Part shown: in pieces, positions 1-17,087 of the stretch
Position numbering within the stretch: position 1 is the stretch's first letter
Layout: each line of letters opens with the position of its first letter
Source of the DNA: Oceanispirochaeta sp.
GTDB taxonomy: Bacteria > Spirochaetota > Spirochaetia > DSM-2461
Assembly (NCBI GenBank): GCA_963666275.2
Contig: CAXXOA010000002.1
Coordinates: 1,504,001-1,568,000 of the forward strand
Direction: 5' to 3'
Length of the DNA stretch: 64,000 bases
Notes under the pieces: model-generated
Told to the model about the DNA's origin: nothing
Database searches by the model: none
Seen by the model: only the letters and a program-made list of their open reading frames with translations
Translations under genes and position numbers: made by a program

Positions 1-1640
<1,640 letters not shown>

Positions 1641-1652
1641 CAGGGGGAATGA

Positions 1653-5903
<4,251 letters not shown>

Positions 5904-6007
5904 GTTTCCAGCGGGGGATTATGCTGACCCCTGATAAACATTTTTGCCCTGAAAATCTCTTTTTTTGACGTTTTGGGGTAAAAAACAGATATATATAATT
6001 TAAGCAG

Positions 6008-6037
6008 TTGACTCTTTTCAGGCAAATCTGTTAGAGT
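6008..6037 (+). promoter_or_regulatory. Putative sigma70 promoter of rpsL-rpsG
   Basis: TTGACT-18 nt-TAGAGT, with an extended TG before the -10. Confidence 0.5.
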
Positions 6038-6082
6038 CCTCTTGCTTTTGAGTAAATGATTGTAAAGGGAGATGGTATTTAA

Positions 6083-6457
6083 ATGCCTACTATAAATCAG
6101 TTAATCAGGAATGGGCGTAAGTCTGCAGTTAAAAAGACTACAGCTCCGGCCCTTCAGTCCTGCCCTCAGAAAAGAGGTGTATGTACAAGAGTTATGACCA
6201 TTACTCCTAAAAAGCCTAACTCCGCGCTTAGAAAAGTTGCCAGGGTTAGATTGACTAATGGTATTGAAGTAACAGCTTATATCCCCGGTATCGGACATAA
6301 CCTTCAGGAACACTCTGTAGTTGTTCTCAGGGGTGGAAGGGTAAAAGACCTTCCCGGTGTAAGATACAGGATTATCAGGGGTGCGAAAGATACTCTTGGT
6401 GTAGATGGTCGTAAACAGGCGCGTTCCAAGTATGGAACCAAGAAACCCAAGGCGTAA
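6083..6457 (+). CDS. rpsL: 30S ribosomal protein S12
   Basis: [27 protein letters not shown]. Confidence 0.99.
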   Translation: MPTINQLIRNGRKSAVKKTTAPALQSCPQKRGVCTRVMTITPKKPNSALRKVARVRLTNGIEVTAYIPGIGHNLQEHSVVVLRGGRVKDLPGVRYRIIRGAKDTLGVDGRKQARSKYGTKKPKA

Positions 6458-6468
6458 GGTGAGGTAAG

Positions 6469-6945
6469 ATGTCCAGAAGAAGAGAGGCTCCGGTCAGACC
6501 GTTAATGCCCGATTCCAAATACAGTAATACTACCGTTGAAAAATTCATCAAAAGAATGATGATGGACGGTAAAAAATCAACCAGCGCTAAATGCCTTTAC
6601 GGGGCAATGGAAGTCGTGAAAAATAAGAAAAGTACTGAAGACGGTGAGCTTCAGGTTTTTCTGAAAGCGCTGGAAAATGTAAAGCCTGCAGTGGAAGTTA
6701 AATCCAGAAGAGTGGGTGGTTCTACTTATCAGGTTCCCGTAGAAATCCGTGATTCCAGAAGGGAAGCGCTGGCTATGAGGTGGCTAATTGCCGCTGCTAG
6801 AAGCCGGAGCGGAAGAAGCATGAGCGAAAAGCTCAGTGCGGAAATCCTGGATGCTTTTAATTCTACAGGTTCTGCTTTCAAGAAGAAAGAAGATACCCAT
6901 AGAATGGCTGAAGCAAATAAGGCTTTCTCCCACTACAAGTGGTAG
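6469..6945 (+). CDS. rpsG: 30S ribosomal protein S7
   Basis: [30 protein letters not shown]. Confidence 0.99.
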   Translation: MSRRREAPVRPLMPDSKYSNTTVEKFIKRMMMDGKKSTSAKCLYGAMEVVKNKKSTEDGELQVFLKALENVKPAVEVKSRRVGGSTYQVPVEIRDSRREALAMRWLIAAARSRSGRSMSEKLSAEILDAFNSTGSAFKKKEDTHRMAEANKAFSHYKW

Positions 6946-6957
6946 GGGTCTGAGAAT

Positions 6958-7136
6958 AGGGAGTCGGCAATCAGATGTTATGCTGGCCGACTCTTTCCTC
7001 GGCGGAATGCCTCGAGAAATCCTTTAGATGATTTTAAGAGGCCGCTACTGCGACAGAGGTTTTCAGTAATAACAGACGGTATGAACCGTAAAGTTATTCG
7101 TTATAGCCAAACCGTTTTATGAAAAATAGGTGGCTG
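6958..7136 (+). other. Run of five adjacent stem-loops in the rpsG-tuf spacer (first one terminator-like)
   Basis: GAGTCGGC/GCCGACTC; GCCTC..AAATC/GATTT..GAGGC; TACTG/CAGTA; AATAAC..ACGGT/ACCGT..GTTATT; TAGCCA/TGGCTG. Confidence 0.5.
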
Positions 7137-7332
7137 AATATGCTGTTATGAAAACAAAAAGGTTAATATCTCCTTTTAAATCTGTACTTTAGTGAAAATT
7201 CTGCCGAAAAAAACTACTTTCTTGCCATTGGATGTTGAGCTGGTATGACGTTTCTTGTTAATATCACCTTCGATGCCCGGAAGTGGCATAAGAAAAGAGT
7301 GTTGTTTTTTTTAAAATGCCTAGGAGGTAGAA

Positions 7333-8520
7333 ATGGCTAAAGACAAATTTCAGAGAACCAAACCGCACGTTAACGTCGGAACAATTGGTCACGTTGACCA
7401 CGGTAAAACAACTCTAACTGCAGCGATCTCTATGTACTGTGCCGCCAAAGCGGGTGGTAAAGTAATGAGCTATGAAGATATCGATAATGCTCCTGAAGAA
7501 AGAGAACGTGGTATTACTATCAACACAAGACACGTTGAGTATGAAACAGAAGCACGTCACTATGCTCACGTTGACTGTCCCGGACATGCTGACTACATCA
7601 AGAACATGATTACTGGTGCTGCTCAGATGGACGGTGCTGTACTGCTGGTAGCTGCTGACTCAGGACCCGAACCCCAGACAAGAGAGCACATCCTGCTCGG
7701 CCGTCAGGTTGGTATTCCCAAAATGATCGTTTTCATGAACAAACTCGACCTGGCTGACCCCGAACTGGTAGACCTGGTAGAGATGGAAGTTCGTGAACTC
7801 CTCGATGAGTACGGATACCCCGGAGATGATACTCCCATTATCAAAGGTTCTGCTTTCGAAGCTATGTCTAACATTGAAGACGGTGATAAGACTGCCTGTA
7901 TTCAGGAGCTGCTGGATGCCATGGACTCTTACTTCCCTCTTCCCGAAAGAGCTGTTGATCAGCCCTTCCTGATGCCTATCGAAGACGTTTTCTCAATTTC
8001 CGGTCGTGGTACTGTAGTAACCGGTCGTATTGAGCAGGGTGTTGTACACGTTGGTGACGAAATCGAAATCGTTGGTGTTAGAGACACTCAGAAAACTACC
8101 TGTACCGGTGTTGAGATGTTCAACAAACTTCTGGACGAAGGACAGGCTGGTGACAACATCGGAGCTCTTCTCCGTGGTGTTGACAAGAAAGAGGTTCAGA
8201 GAGGACAGGTTCTTTGTAAACCCGGTTCCATTCTGCCCCACACGAAGTTCAAAGCTCAGCTGTATTGTCTGACAAAAGAAGAGGGTGGTAGACACAATCC
8301 TTTCTTTACCGGTTACAGACCCCAGTTCTACTTCAGAACTACCGACATTACCGGTACAGTTACTCTTCCAGAAGATAAGCAGATGGTTATGCCCGGTGAT
8401 AACACTGAGATCGCCGCTGAACTGATTCACCCGATCGCTATGGACAAAGGTCTCCGCTTCGCTATTCGTGAAGGTGGAAGAACCGTTGCCTCTGGTCAGG
8501 TTGTAGAAATTATCGAATAA
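7333..8520 (+). CDS. tuf: Elongation factor Tu
   Basis: [21 protein letters not shown] motifs; SD AGGAGG upstream. Confidence 0.99.
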   Translation: MAKDKFQRTKPHVNVGTIGHVDHGKTTLTAAISMYCAAKAGGKVMSYEDIDNAPEERERGITINTRHVEYETEARHYAHVDCPGHADYIKNMITGAAQMDGAVLLVAADSGPEPQTREHILLGRQVGIPKMIVFMNKLDLADPELVDLVEMEVRELLDEYGYPGDDTPIIKGSAFEAMSNIEDGDKTACIQELLDAMDSYFPLPERAVDQPFLMPIEDVFSISGRGTVVTGRIEQGVVHVGDEIEIVGVRDTQKTTCTGVEMFNKLLDEGQAGDNIGALLRGVDKKEVQRGQVLCKPGSILPHTKFKAQLYCLTKEEGGRHNPFFTGYRPQFYFRTTDITGTVTLPEDKQMVMPGDNTEIAAELIHPIAMDKGLRFAIREGGRTVASGQVVEIIE

Positions 8521-8531
8521 GAATTATAGAT

Positions 8532-8563
8532 GCACCCTGCTGAATAATGGGCAGGGTGTTTTT
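8532..8563 (+). terminator. Intrinsic terminator-like hairpin between tuf and rpsJ
   Basis: GCACCCTGC-loop-GCAGGGTGT followed by a T-tract. Confidence 0.6.
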
Positions 8564-8574
8564 CTGGAGGAATA

Positions 8575-8883
8575 ATGGGTAAGGAACGGATACGCGTTAG
8601 ACTGAGAGGGTTTGACGTTGAATTGATTGATCAGAGTGCAAAAGCCATTGTTCAGGCTGTTCAGAAACAGGGTAGTAAAGTTTCTGGGCCGATCCCTCTG
8701 CCTACGCGGATTAATAAATTTACCGTTTTGAAATCGACTTTTGTAAACAAGAAGTCCAGAGAACAGTTTGAAATGCGGACTCACAAGAGATTGATAGATA
8801 TTTTAGAGCCAACCTCTGCTGTGATGGATGCTCTCATGAAACTCGAGCTGCCTGCTGGAGTTGATGTTGAGATCAAACAGTAA
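8575..8883 (+). CDS. rpsJ: 30S ribosomal protein S10
   Basis: [23 protein letters not shown]. Confidence 0.99.
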   Translation: MGKERIRVRLRGFDVELIDQSAKAIVQAVQKQGSKVSGPIPLPTRINKFTVLKSTFVNKKSREQFEMRTHKRLIDILEPTSAVMDALMKLELPAGVDVEIKQ

Positions 8884-8905
8884 GTAAAGATTGTTGAGGT
8901 ATTAA

Positions 8906-9526
8906 ATGATTGGTTTGATTGGCAAAAAAGCTGGAATGACCCAGGTGTTTGATGAAGAAGGTACATTGACTCCTGTTACTGTAATACAAATAGAGCCTAA
9001 TGTTGTTGTAGCCAATAGAACAGTAGAAAAAGATGGTTACGATGCGGTTGTACTTGGGTCTTTAGATATGAAATCCAGCCATGTTACAAAACCTTATGCA
9101 GGTCAGTTTAAAGATGATACTGCGCCCAAAAAGCATGTTATGGAAATCCGGGATTTTGAGAAAGAATGTAATGTTGGCGATTCTTTCGGTGTAGAGATTA
9201 TCGAAGATCTCGCATTTGTTGATGTTATCGGAACTTCCAAGGGTAAAGGTTTTCAGGGTGTTATGAAGCGCCACAACTTCAGTGGTGGACGTGCAACGCA
9301 CGGTTCAAAATTTCATAGGGCCAACGGTTCTACCGGTATGGCTGCGTATCCTTCAAAAGTAATTAAGGGTACAAAAATGGCTGGCCGCATGGGTGGCGAA
9401 AGAAAGACTGTTCAGAATCTGGAAGTAGTTCGAGTAGATGCTGAAAAGAATATAGTATTGGTTAAGGGTGCTGTACCCGGTACTAAGAATAGTATCGTTT
9501 TAGTGCGCAAGGCCAAAAAGAAATAG
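8906..9526 (+). CDS. rplC: 50S ribosomal protein L3
   Basis: GKKAGMTQVF; SKGKGFQGVMKRH. Confidence 0.98.
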   Translation: MIGLIGKKAGMTQVFDEEGTLTPVTVIQIEPNVVVANRTVEKDGYDAVVLGSLDMKSSHVTKPYAGQFKDDTAPKKHVMEIRDFEKECNVGDSFGVEIIEDLAFVDVIGTSKGKGFQGVMKRHNFSGGRATHGSKFHRANGSTGMAAYPSKVIKGTKMAGRMGGERKTVQNLEVVRVDAEKNIVLVKGAVPGTKNSIVLVRKAKKK

Positions 9527-9535
9527 AGGATTATT

Positions 9536-10162
9536 ATGGACAAAAAAGTCTTTTCAATTGAAGGAAAAGAGCTGCGTACTATAACTCTTGATGATTCAGT
9601 ATTCGCCCGCGAGGTTAGCGAAGGTTCAATATATAACGCTATAAAGAATGAACTTGCAAATAAAAGAGTTGGTACAGCCAGCACAAAAACCAGGAGTGAG
9701 GTTCGCGGAACAACTGCGAAACCCTGGCGTCAGAAAGGAACTGGTCGTGCCAGAGCCGGACGCAGAAGATCTCCTGTATGGGTAGGTGGTGGAATCACTT
9801 TCGGCCCCAAACCCAGGGATTACAGCTATGTACTTCCCAAGAAAATCAAACAGCTTGCAATGAAGTCCATACTGAGTCTCAAAGCTCAGAGTGAAGATAG
9901 ATTTAAGGTTGTTGAGGATTTCACTGTTGAATCCGGTAAAACCAAGGATATGAAAACTATCCTGAGTGCTCTGGTGGATGGTGAAAAAACCGTTGTTGTT
10001 CTTAAGGATGACGACTCCATGGTCAGAAGAGCCGGACGGAATCTGCCTAACGTAAGATTTCTCTCCTATAACAGACTGAGTGCTCACACTCTTTTTTATG
10101 GAAAGAATATCGTGGTTATGGAAGGTGCGGCTACCAAACTGAACGAATTTTATGGTGGATGA
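9536..10162 (+). CDS. rplD: 50S ribosomal protein L4
   Basis: KPWRQKGTGRARAG; FGPKPRDY. Confidence 0.98.
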   Translation: MDKKVFSIEGKELRTITLDDSVFAREVSEGSIYNAIKNELANKRVGTASTKTRSEVRGTTAKPWRQKGTGRARAGRRRSPVWVGGGITFGPKPRDYSYVLPKKIKQLAMKSILSLKAQSEDRFKVVEDFTVESGKTKDMKTILSALVDGEKTVVVLKDDDSMVRRAGRNLPNVRFLSYNRLSAHTLFYGKNIVVMEGAATKLNEFYGG

Positions 10163-10170
10163 GGTCGGAT

Positions 10171-10485
10171 ATGGATGCCTATAAAGTAATAATCGAACCT
10201 GTCTTGACAGAAAAGTCCAATGTTCTCCGCGAAGGGGAATCCAGGAAGTATGTCTTCAAGGTAGATAAAAAAGCTAACAAAATCCAGGTTATGAGTGCTG
10301 TAAAAGACCTCTTCTCTGTAAATCCTGTGAGCTGCAACATTGTTAATGTCAATGGAAAGAAAAAAGCGAACGTTCCTGTTTCTGCCAACAGTTTTAAAAG
10401 AGGTTATGGTAGAACAGCGAGCTGGAAAAAAGCAATTGTGACCCTCACTGCCGGTGAGAAGATCGATGCTTTTGAAGGTGTATAA
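10171..10485 (+). CDS. rplW: 50S ribosomal protein L23
   Basis: IIEPVLTEKS; WKKAIVTL; start set at ATG 10171 after SD GAGG. Confidence 0.96.
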   Translation: MDAYKVIIEPVLTEKSNVLREGESRKYVFKVDKKANKIQVMSAVKDLFSVNPVSCNIVNVNGKKKANVPVSANSFKRGYGRTASWKKAIVTLTAGEKIDAFEGV

Positions 10486-10498
10486 TTAGGAGGCTTCT

Positions 10499-11323
10499 GT
10501 GGCTATTAAAACATATAACCCGAGAACACCGTCCCAGAGATACAGACAGAGTCTGACTTTTGATGATATTACACGGAGCACTCCTGAGAAATCACTGTCT
10601 TCTGGTAAATCATCCAAGGCTGGGCGTGGCGCCGGTGGACGCATCAGTGTTCGTCGTCGTGGTGGCGGTCATAAAAGAAAATACAGGGTCATTGACTTCA
10701 AGAGAGAAAAATTCGGGATCCCCGGAAAAGTTGCTCAGATTGAATACGATCCGAATAGAAGTGCCAACATCGCTCTGATTCACTATGTGGATGGAGAGAA
10801 AAGGTACATTATCTGTCCGAAAGGACTGAAAGTTGGAGATCAGGTTGTCAGCGGTGCTGATGCTCCTATCGAAGTTGGGAACGCCCTTCCTCTGGAGAAT
10901 ATTCCTGTAGGTCGTCTGGTGCACGCAGTAGAGCTTCAGCTCGGACGTGGTGCGCAGATGGTAAGAACGGCCGGTGGATCTGCTCTTATTGCTGCTAAGG
11001 AAGGAAAGTATGTTACTTTGAAAATGCCTTCCGGCGAGATGAGAATGGTTCTCAATAAATGTATGGCTACCATTGGTGAAGTCGGAAACGAGGATCACAT
11101 GAATGTGAAAGTCGGTAAAGCCGGTAGATCCAGATGGATGGGAAAAAGACCCAAAGTCCGGGGTGTTGTAATGAACCCGGTTGACCATCCCCATGGTGGT
11201 GGTGAGGGTAAAACTTCCGGTGGTCGTCATCCTGTGTCTCCCTGGGGTAAACCTACTAAAGGGTTTAAAACAAGAAGTAAACACAAGAGTTCTAACAAAT
11301 TTATTGTTAAGAGACGGAAGTAG
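10499..11323 (+). CDS. rplB: 50S ribosomal protein L2
   Basis: [29 protein letters not shown] start. Confidence 0.99.
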   Translation: MAIKTYNPRTPSQRYRQSLTFDDITRSTPEKSLSSGKSSKAGRGAGGRISVRRRGGGHKRKYRVIDFKREKFGIPGKVAQIEYDPNRSANIALIHYVDGEKRYIICPKGLKVGDQVVSGADAPIEVGNALPLENIPVGRLVHAVELQLGRGAQMVRTAGGSALIAAKEGKYVTLKMPSGEMRMVLNKCMATIGEVGNEDHMNVKVGKAGRSRWMGKRPKVRGVVMNPVDHPHGGGEGKTSGGRHPVSPWGKPTKGFKTRSKHKSSNKFIVKRRK

Positions 11324-11332
11324 GAGTCAAGC

Positions 11333-11611
11333 GTGTCAAGATCTATTAAAAAAGGGCCGTTTATTGCTAAAAGTCTTTACAAGAAGGTTGTTGATCAGTC
11401 AAAAGCCGGTGGAAAAGGGATGATTAAAACTTTTTCCCGGACTTCAACAATCATTCCTGAGATGGTAGGTTTAACGGTTTCTGTATATAACGGTAAGACC
11501 TGGGTTCCTGTTTATGTGACTGAAAACCTTGTTGGTCATAAACTTGGTGAATTTGCTCCGACCAGACTGTTCCGAGGACATGCTGGTTCAGACAAAAAGT
11601 CAAAAAGGTAA
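11333..11611 (+). CDS. rpsS: 30S ribosomal protein S19
   Basis: [20 protein letters not shown]. Confidence 0.99.
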   Translation: MSRSIKKGPFIAKSLYKKVVDQSKAGGKGMIKTFSRTSTIIPEMVGLTVSVYNGKTWVPVYVTENLVGHKLGEFAPTRLFRGHAGSDKKSKR

Positions 11612-11619
11612 GGTGAGAA

Positions 11620-11982
11620 ATGGAAGCTAAGAAAGGATATAAAGCGATTGCTAAAAATCTGCCCATGTCACCCTCTAAAATAAGACCAATTGCAGACAAT
11701 GTCAGGAGAAAACCCTATGCGGATGCAATGGCAATTCTGGAAAACTATCCCAACAAAGGGGCTAAGTTCCTTAAGAAAGTAATCCAGTCTGCTGCTGCCA
11801 ATGCTCTCAACCAGAATAACATGCTGGATGAGGAATCTCTCTATATTAAAGAGCTTCTGATTGATGGTGGGCCCATTCAGAAAAGAATGTGGGCTCGTTC
11901 CAGAGGAAGAGCTGATAGATTGTTAAAGAGATCTTCGCATATCTCTGTTGTGGTTGAAGAATTAGGAAGTACGGGGGAATAA
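11620..11982 (+). CDS. rplV: 50S ribosomal protein L22
   Basis: SPSKIR; SAAANA; RSRGRA...SHISV; position in S10 operon. Confidence 0.97.
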   Translation: MEAKKGYKAIAKNLPMSPSKIRPIADNVRRKPYADAMAILENYPNKGAKFLKKVIQSAAANALNQNNMLDEESLYIKELLIDGGPIQKRMWARSRGRADRLLKRSSHISVVVEELGSTGE

Positions 11983-12684
11983 ATGGGACAGAAAGTCAAT
12001 CCTTACGGTCTCAGACTGGGAGTTAACAAAACCTGGAAATCTAAGTGGTATGTAGATCCCAGAGATTATGCTGATTCACTGCATGAAGATCTGGCTCTCA
12101 GAAAAGCTCTGATGGACAGTCCTGAAGCAAAAGGTGCAGAAATCGGCGATGTGGAAATTATCAGACAGCCCCAGCGGGTTACTATGATGATCTATACCGC
12201 AAGACCCGGTGTGATTATTGGTACAAAAGGTGCCAATATTGAAAAAATCGGTGCCAGACTTCAGAAGCTTACTGATAAAAAGATTCAGGTTAAGATCAAA
12301 GAAGTTAAAAAACCCGAAGCTGATGCACAGATCATTGCATTGAATGTTGCTCGTCAGCTCAAGGGAAGAGCCGCTTTCCGGAGAGTTCTGAAAATGACTG
12401 CCGGGAATGCTATGAAAGCTGGTGTAAAGGGAATCAAGATTAAAATTTCCGGAAGACTGGGCGGAGCAGAAATGGCACGTTCTCAGGAAGTAAAAGAGGG
12501 ACGTATTCCTCTTCACACTCTGAGAGCAGATATTGATTACGGTTTCGCTGAAGCTAATACCACTTTTGGTTTAATCGGTGTAAAAGTATGGGTTTTCAAA
12601 GGCGAAGTTTACGGTAATGAACAGAAAGATGACGCCGGCCTGCTTGTAAGTCGCAGTCAGCGTGACAAAGCTGGAAGGAGCTGA
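11983..12684 (+). CDS. rpsC: 30S ribosomal protein S3
   Basis: MGQKVNPYGLRLG; GRIPLHTLRADIDY. Confidence 0.99.
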   Translation: MGQKVNPYGLRLGVNKTWKSKWYVDPRDYADSLHEDLALRKALMDSPEAKGAEIGDVEIIRQPQRVTMMIYTARPGVIIGTKGANIEKIGARLQKLTDKKIQVKIKEVKKPEADAQIIALNVARQLKGRAAFRRVLKMTAGNAMKAGVKGIKIKISGRLGGAEMARSQEVKEGRIPLHTLRADIDYGFAEANTTFGLIGVKVWVFKGEVYGNEQKDDAGLLVSRSQRDKAGRS

Positions 12685-12688
12685 GTAG

Positions 12689-13102
12689 ATGCTGAGTCCT
12701 AAGAAAACAAAATACAGAAAACGCATGAGAGGCGTGATGAAGGGTAATGCAACCCGCTGTAACACCATCAACTTTGGTGAATGCGGTCTTGTTGCCCTTG
12801 ATACACATTGGATCACTGCTCGACAGATTGAAGCTGCCCGTATTGCAATGACCCGTCATATCAAGAGGGGTGGAAAAGTCTGGATCAGAATTTTCCCGGA
12901 TATTCCTTATACCAAAAAACCCGCTGAAACCAGAATGGGTAAAGGTAAAGGTAGCCCCGAAAAATGGGTTGCTGCGGTTAAACCGGGAACAGTAATGTTC
13001 GAAATCGCCGGTGTTGATATTGAACTTGCCAGAAGAGCTATGGAACTGGCTGGAAGTAAACTGCCTATCAAAACCAAGTTCGTAGCTAAGGAAGCGAGGT
13101 AG
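12689..13102 (+). CDS. rplP: 50S ribosomal protein L16
   Basis: [20 protein letters not shown]. Confidence 0.99.
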   Translation: MLSPKKTKYRKRMRGVMKGNATRCNTINFGECGLVALDTHWITARQIEAARIAMTRHIKRGGKVWIRIFPDIPYTKKPAETRMGKGKGSPEKWVAAVKPGTVMFEIAGVDIELARRAMELAGSKLPIKTKFVAKEAR

Positions 13103-13105
13103 TTT

Positions 13106-13306
13106 ATGAAGGAAAAATACAACGATCTGTCTGTTGAAGAGCTGAAAGCAAAGCGTGATGAGCTGAGCAAAAAGCTTCAGAAACTCAGATTTGATATGGT
13201 GCTGGGTCACGTTGAAAACCGCATGGAAAAGCGGAATCTGAGAAAAAGTGTTGCCCGCTTGAATACTATGATTCATGAGTCTGAACTCGGAATCAGAAAA
13301 GCTTAG
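13106..13306 (+). CDS. rpmC: 50S ribosomal protein L29
   Basis: 66 aa basic helical protein; RKSVARLNT; lies between rplP and rpsQ. Confidence 0.95.
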   Translation: MKEKYNDLSVEELKAKRDELSKKLQKLRFDMVLGHVENRMEKRNLRKSVARLNTMIHESELGIRKA

Positions 13307-13314
13307 GGGAAGTC

Positions 13315-13584
13315 ATGGAAAAAGAGACATCCAAAAAGACTGGTAAGAAAGTCTTTACCGGCGTTGTAGTAAGTGACAAGATGGACAAGACTATTGTCGT
13401 TAAGATCACCACTAAGAAACTGCACCCGCTGTATAAGAAATATGTAACCAGTTCGGTTAAATATAAAGCACATGATGAGAAAAATGATGCTAATATTGGT
13501 GATACAGTCCGCATTAAAGAGTGCAGACCTGTAAGTAAAGATAAGTGCTGGGCTCTTACAGACGTTATAGAAAGAGCGAAATAA
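13315..13584 (+). CDS. rpsQ: 30S ribosomal protein S17
   Basis: [27 protein letters not shown]. Confidence 0.98.
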   Translation: MEKETSKKTGKKVFTGVVVSDKMDKTIVVKITTKKLHPLYKKYVTSSVKYKAHDEKNDANIGDTVRIKECRPVSKDKCWALTDVIERAK

Positions 13585-13599
13585 CACCGGAGGAAGGAA

Positions 13600-13968
13600 A
13601 TGGTTCAGGATAATACATATTTGAATGTTGCTGATAACTCTGGTGCTAAAAAAGTTCAGTGTATCAAGGTTCTCGGCGGAAGCAAGAGAAAATATGCCAG
13701 TGTTGGTGATATCATTGTGGTAGCAGTAAAAGATGCCCTTCCCAACGCACCTATTAAAAAAGGTGATGTTAAGAAGGCCGTTATTGTAAGAACACACAAA
13801 GAGTACAGAAGAATAGACGGGACTTATATCCGTTTCGATGATAACGCCTGTGTTATTATCGATGCCGGTAACAACCCTGTTGGTAAGCGTATCTTCGGAC
13901 CGGTTGCCCGTGAATTGAGAGATGGCGGTTTTATGAAAATTGTATCTCTGGCACCAGAAGTACTCTAG
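13600..13968 (+). CDS. rplN: 50S ribosomal protein L14
   Basis: [26 protein letters not shown]. Confidence 0.99.
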   Translation: MVQDNTYLNVADNSGAKKVQCIKVLGGSKRKYASVGDIIVVAVKDALPNAPIKKGDVKKAVIVRTHKEYRRIDGTYIRFDDNACVIIDAGNNPVGKRIFGPVARELRDGGFMKIVSLAPEVL

Positions 13969-13979
13969 GAGATATTGTG

Positions 13980-14297
13980 ATGGCAGATGTAAAATACAAG
14001 ATTAAAAAGGGCGACCAGGTCAAAATTATGGCTGGTAAAGACAGTGGTAAAACTGGTAGAGTCCTTAAGATTAATAGAGATACCGGGCGAGTTATCGTTG
14101 AAGGTCTTAATATGGTTAAAAAGGCTCAGAAGCCTAAAAGCCAGGGTGAAAAAGGCAGCATCATCGAGCTTGAAGCTCCCCTCAATATCTCTAATGTACA
14201 GGTTCTCTGTAAAAAATGCGGACCCACAAGGATCGGCATTAAAGTAGACGGAGATAGTAAAGTTCGAATTTGCAGAAAATGTGGGGAATCCTTATAA
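13980..14297 (+). CDS. rplX: 50S ribosomal protein L24
   Basis: [14 protein letters not shown] (KOW); EAPLNISNV. Confidence 0.97.
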   Translation: MADVKYKIKKGDQVKIMAGKDSGKTGRVLKINRDTGRVIVEGLNMVKKAQKPKSQGEKGSIIELEAPLNISNVQVLCKKCGPTRIGIKVDGDSKVRICRKCGESL

Positions 14298-14848
14298 TGG
14301 CTGGATACGTACCAAGATTAAAAACTGCTTATAATGACAAGATTGCTCAGGAACTGTTCACTGAATTTGGATACAAATCCAAAATGCAGATTCCTAAAGT
14401 AGAGAAAATTGTTGTCAGCATGGGAGTTGGAGAAGCGATTACCAACAAAAAGCTGCTGGATGCTGCTGTAGAAGAACTTGGTCTGATCACCGGACAGAAG
14501 GTTTTGAAAACCAAGGCAAGAAAATCAATTGCCGGTTTTAAAATCCGTGAAGGTCAGGAAATCGGAGCAAAAGTTACCCTCAGAGGCGAAAAGATGTATG
14601 AGTTTCTTGATAGACTCATCAACATTTCTCTTCCCCGTGTAAAAGACTTCAGGGGAATCAATCCTAAAGCTTTTGATGGTAGAGGAAACTATTCACTCGG
14701 AATTACTGAGCAGATTATCTTTCCTGAAATTGATTATGATAAGATTGAACAGATCAACGGTCTGAATGTGGCCATTGTAACTACGGCGAAAACGGATGAC
14801 GAGGCCAGATCTCTGCTGGCTAAGTTCGGGATGCCTTTCAGTAAATAG
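14297..14848 (+). CDS. rplE: 50S ribosomal protein L5
   Basis: [24 protein letters not shown] overlaps rplX stop (TAATG). Confidence 0.98.
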   Translation: MAGYVPRLKTAYNDKIAQELFTEFGYKSKMQIPKVEKIVVSMGVGEAITNKKLLDAAVEELGLITGQKVLKTKARKSIAGFKIREGQEIGAKVTLRGEKMYEFLDRLINISLPRVKDFRGINPKAFDGRGNYSLGITEQIIFPEIDYDKIEQINGLNVAIVTTAKTDDEARSLLAKFGMPFSK

Positions 14849-14858
14849 GAGTTTATAG

Positions 14859-15044
14859 ATGGCAAAGAAATCCATGATCGTTAAATCCCAGAGAAAACCC
14901 AAATTCAGCACCAGACAGTATAACAGGTGCCGTGTTTGCGGAAGACCTCGGGGATATATGAGAAAATTTCAGATGTGTAGAATCTGCTTTCGTAAGCTTG
15001 CTAATGAAGGTATGATTCCCGGCGTCACCAAATCAAGCTGGTAG
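14859..15044 (+). CDS. rpsN: 30S ribosomal protein S14, short Zn-binding type Z
   Basis: 61 aa; CRVC...[12 protein letters not shown]. Confidence 0.98.
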   Translation: MAKKSMIVKSQRKPKFSTRQYNRCRVCGRPRGYMRKFQMCRICFRKLANEGMIPGVTKSSW

Positions 15045-15053
15045 GAGAGTGTA

Positions 15054-15452
15054 ATGAGTATTTCAGATCCTGTAGCGGATATGCTCACAAAAATTAGAAA
15101 TGCCAGCAAGGCAAACTTTGAGAAGGTGGATATAACTCCTTCTAAGCTGAAGCTGGAAATTATAAAGATTTTGAAGAATGAAGGTTTCATCAAAAACTTC
15201 AAGAAAGTTACACAGGATGACAAAAGTGTTATTCGTGTTTTCCTGAAATATGATGAAAAAGAAAATGCTATCATTCATGGTATTAAGTCTGTTTCCACAC
15301 CCGGAAGGCGTGTATACACAGGTTACAGAGAAATGCCTCGTGTAATGAATGGTTTCGGAACTCTGATTGTCTCTACTTCTACCGGTGTTACCACTGGTAA
15401 AAAAGCGACTTTGAATAAAGTCGGTGGAGAAATTATCTGTCAGATCTGGTAA
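15054..15452 (+). CDS. rpsH: 30S ribosomal protein S8
   Basis: [27 protein letters not shown]. Confidence 0.98.
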   Translation: MSISDPVADMLTKIRNASKANFEKVDITPSKLKLEIIKILKNEGFIKNFKKVTQDDKSVIRVFLKYDEKENAIIHGIKSVSTPGRRVYTGYREMPRVMNGFGTLIVSTSTGVTTGKKATLNKVGGEIICQIW

Positions 15453-15464
15453 GGGGAAGGTTAG

Positions 15465-16001
15465 ATGTCTCGAATTGGTTTAAAACCTGTAGCAGTCCCT
15501 ACCGGGGTTACTGTAACAGTTAAAGACAATGAGCTGACTGTAAAAGGTGCTAAAGGGGAGCTGAAACAGACTTTCCTTCCTGAAGTCAGTTTTGATATCA
15601 AAGACGGTGAAGTGGTTGTAAGCAGAAAGGATGATTCCAAGAGAGCTAAATCCATGCATGGTCTTTATAGAAAGCTTCTCGCCAATATGGTTGAGGGCGT
15701 TAGCAGCGGTTTCAGTAAAGCTCTTCTGATCAACGGAGTTGGTTACAGAGCGGAAGTCAGTGGAAAGAGCGTTTTGTTCAATCTTGGTTTTTCAACTCAG
15801 ATCGAATATGTTCTTCCCGAAGGCATTACTGCCGCAGTTGAGGGAAACAAAGTAACAGTTTCCGGGATCAGCAAAGAAGTCGTAGGACTTGCTGCCAGTG
15901 AGATTCGCGGTCTCAGACCGCCCGAACCTTACAAAGGTAAAGGTATCAAGTACGAAACTGAACATATCAGACGTAAAGTCGGTAAATCCGGTGTTAAGTA
16001 G
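15465..16001 (+). CDS. rplF: 50S ribosomal protein L6
   Basis: MSRIG; RPPEPYKGKGI. Confidence 0.99.
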   Translation: MSRIGLKPVAVPTGVTVTVKDNELTVKGAKGELKQTFLPEVSFDIKDGEVVVSRKDDSKRAKSMHGLYRKLLANMVEGVSSGFSKALLINGVGYRAEVSGKSVLFNLGFSTQIEYVLPEGITAAVEGNKVTVSGISKEVVGLAASEIRGLRPPEPYKGKGIKYETEHIRRKVGKSGVK

Positions 16002-16011
16002 GTTGTAGAGT

Positions 16012-16371
16012 ATGGATAGGATTAAACAGAAGCAGGCTAAAAGACTGCAGAGAAAAAAACATGTCCGGAAAAGAATCTCCGGTACCGCTGAAAGACCTCG
16101 TCTGACTGTATTCAAGAGTAACAAAAACCTCAGCGTTCAGGTTATTGATGATTTAAAAGGTCATACTCTTGTTAGTGCATCAACTCTGGAAAAGGATCTC
16201 TCCGAAATCAAGGTAAATGTTGAGGGCGGAGCGAAACTTGGGAAAGTTGTTGGAGAAAGGCTGAAGGCAGCTAACATCAGTACAATCGTATTCGATAGAA
16301 ACGGTTACATGTACCACGGTGTTATCAAAGCTATAGCCGAGGCCGCCAGAGAAGAAGGCATTCAGTTTTAA
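16012..16371 (+). CDS. rplR: 50S ribosomal protein L18
   Basis: GTAERPRLTVFKSN; FDRNGYMYHG. Confidence 0.98.
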   Translation: MDRIKQKQAKRLQRKKHVRKRISGTAERPRLTVFKSNKNLSVQVIDDLKGHTLVSASTLEKDLSEIKVNVEGGAKLGKVVGERLKAANISTIVFDRNGYMYHGVIKAIAEAAREEGIQF

Positions 16372-16382
16372 GAGGTTGATGT

Positions 16383-16889
16383 ATGGCGTTTAAAGAAAGA
16401 AACAAAGAAGAGAAAGAATTTACAGAAAAGCTCATCAGACTGAACAGGGTTTCTAAAGCAGTAAAGGGTGGACGGAAGATGTCTTTCTCTGCTCTTATTG
16501 TAGTTGGAGATGGTAAAGGAAGAGTGGGATTCGGTTTCGGAAAGGCCAATGATGTAGCCGAAGCAATTCGGAAAAGTGTTGAAAAGGCAAAAAAGAACCT
16601 TATTACTGTTCCTCTCAAAAACAATACCATTCCCCATGAAATCCTGGGTAATTTCAAGAGTGCTTCGGTTCTGTTGAAACCAGCTGCACCCGGTACCGGT
16701 ATTATTGCCGGTGGACCTGTACGTGCGGTAATGGAAGCCGTTGGAATACATGATATTCTGGCAAAATCTCTCGGTTCCAAAAACACAATGAATATTGTTA
16801 AAAGTGTTTTTGACGGACTTGAGAATATTTTTGATGCCAGAGAGCTTGCCGCTGGTCGCGGTAAATCCATAAATGAGTTGTGGGGTTGA
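16383..16889 (+). CDS. rpsE: 30S ribosomal protein S5
   Basis: [22 protein letters not shown]. Confidence 0.98.
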   Translation: MAFKERNKEEKEFTEKLIRLNRVSKAVKGGRKMSFSALIVVGDGKGRVGFGFGKANDVAEAIRKSVEKAKKNLITVPLKNNTIPHEILGNFKSASVLLKPAAPGTGIIAGGPVRAVMEAVGIHDILAKSLGSKNTMNIVKSVFDGLENIFDARELAAGRGKSINELWG

Positions 16890-16890
16890 T

Positions 16891-17085
16891 ATGGCAGCTA
16901 AAGCTAAAATGATTCGGGTAAAGCTCGTTCGTAGTACAATTGGCCGCAAACCGGAGCAGAGAAAGACTGCTAAAGCACTCGGACTCGGAAAGCTCAATTC
17001 TGTAGTGGAAAAAGTAGCAAACCCCGCTGTTCTGGGTATGGTTGAGTCAATTTCACATCTGGTGGAAGTTGAGGAGATTAACTAG
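16891..17085 (+). CDS. rpmD: 50S ribosomal protein L30
   Basis: [10 protein letters not shown]...ALGL...GMV; start set at ATG 16891. Confidence 0.95.
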   Translation: MAAKAKMIRVKLVRSTIGRKPEQRKTAKALGLGKLNSVVEKVANPAVLGMVESISHLVEVEEIN

Positions 17086-17087
17086 TT

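Noticed and set aside
6836..7332. fusA pseudogene or the 63-aa ORF in the rpsG-tuf spacer
   Set aside because: No EF-G motifs recognised; the ORF overlaps rpsG and runs through the hairpins
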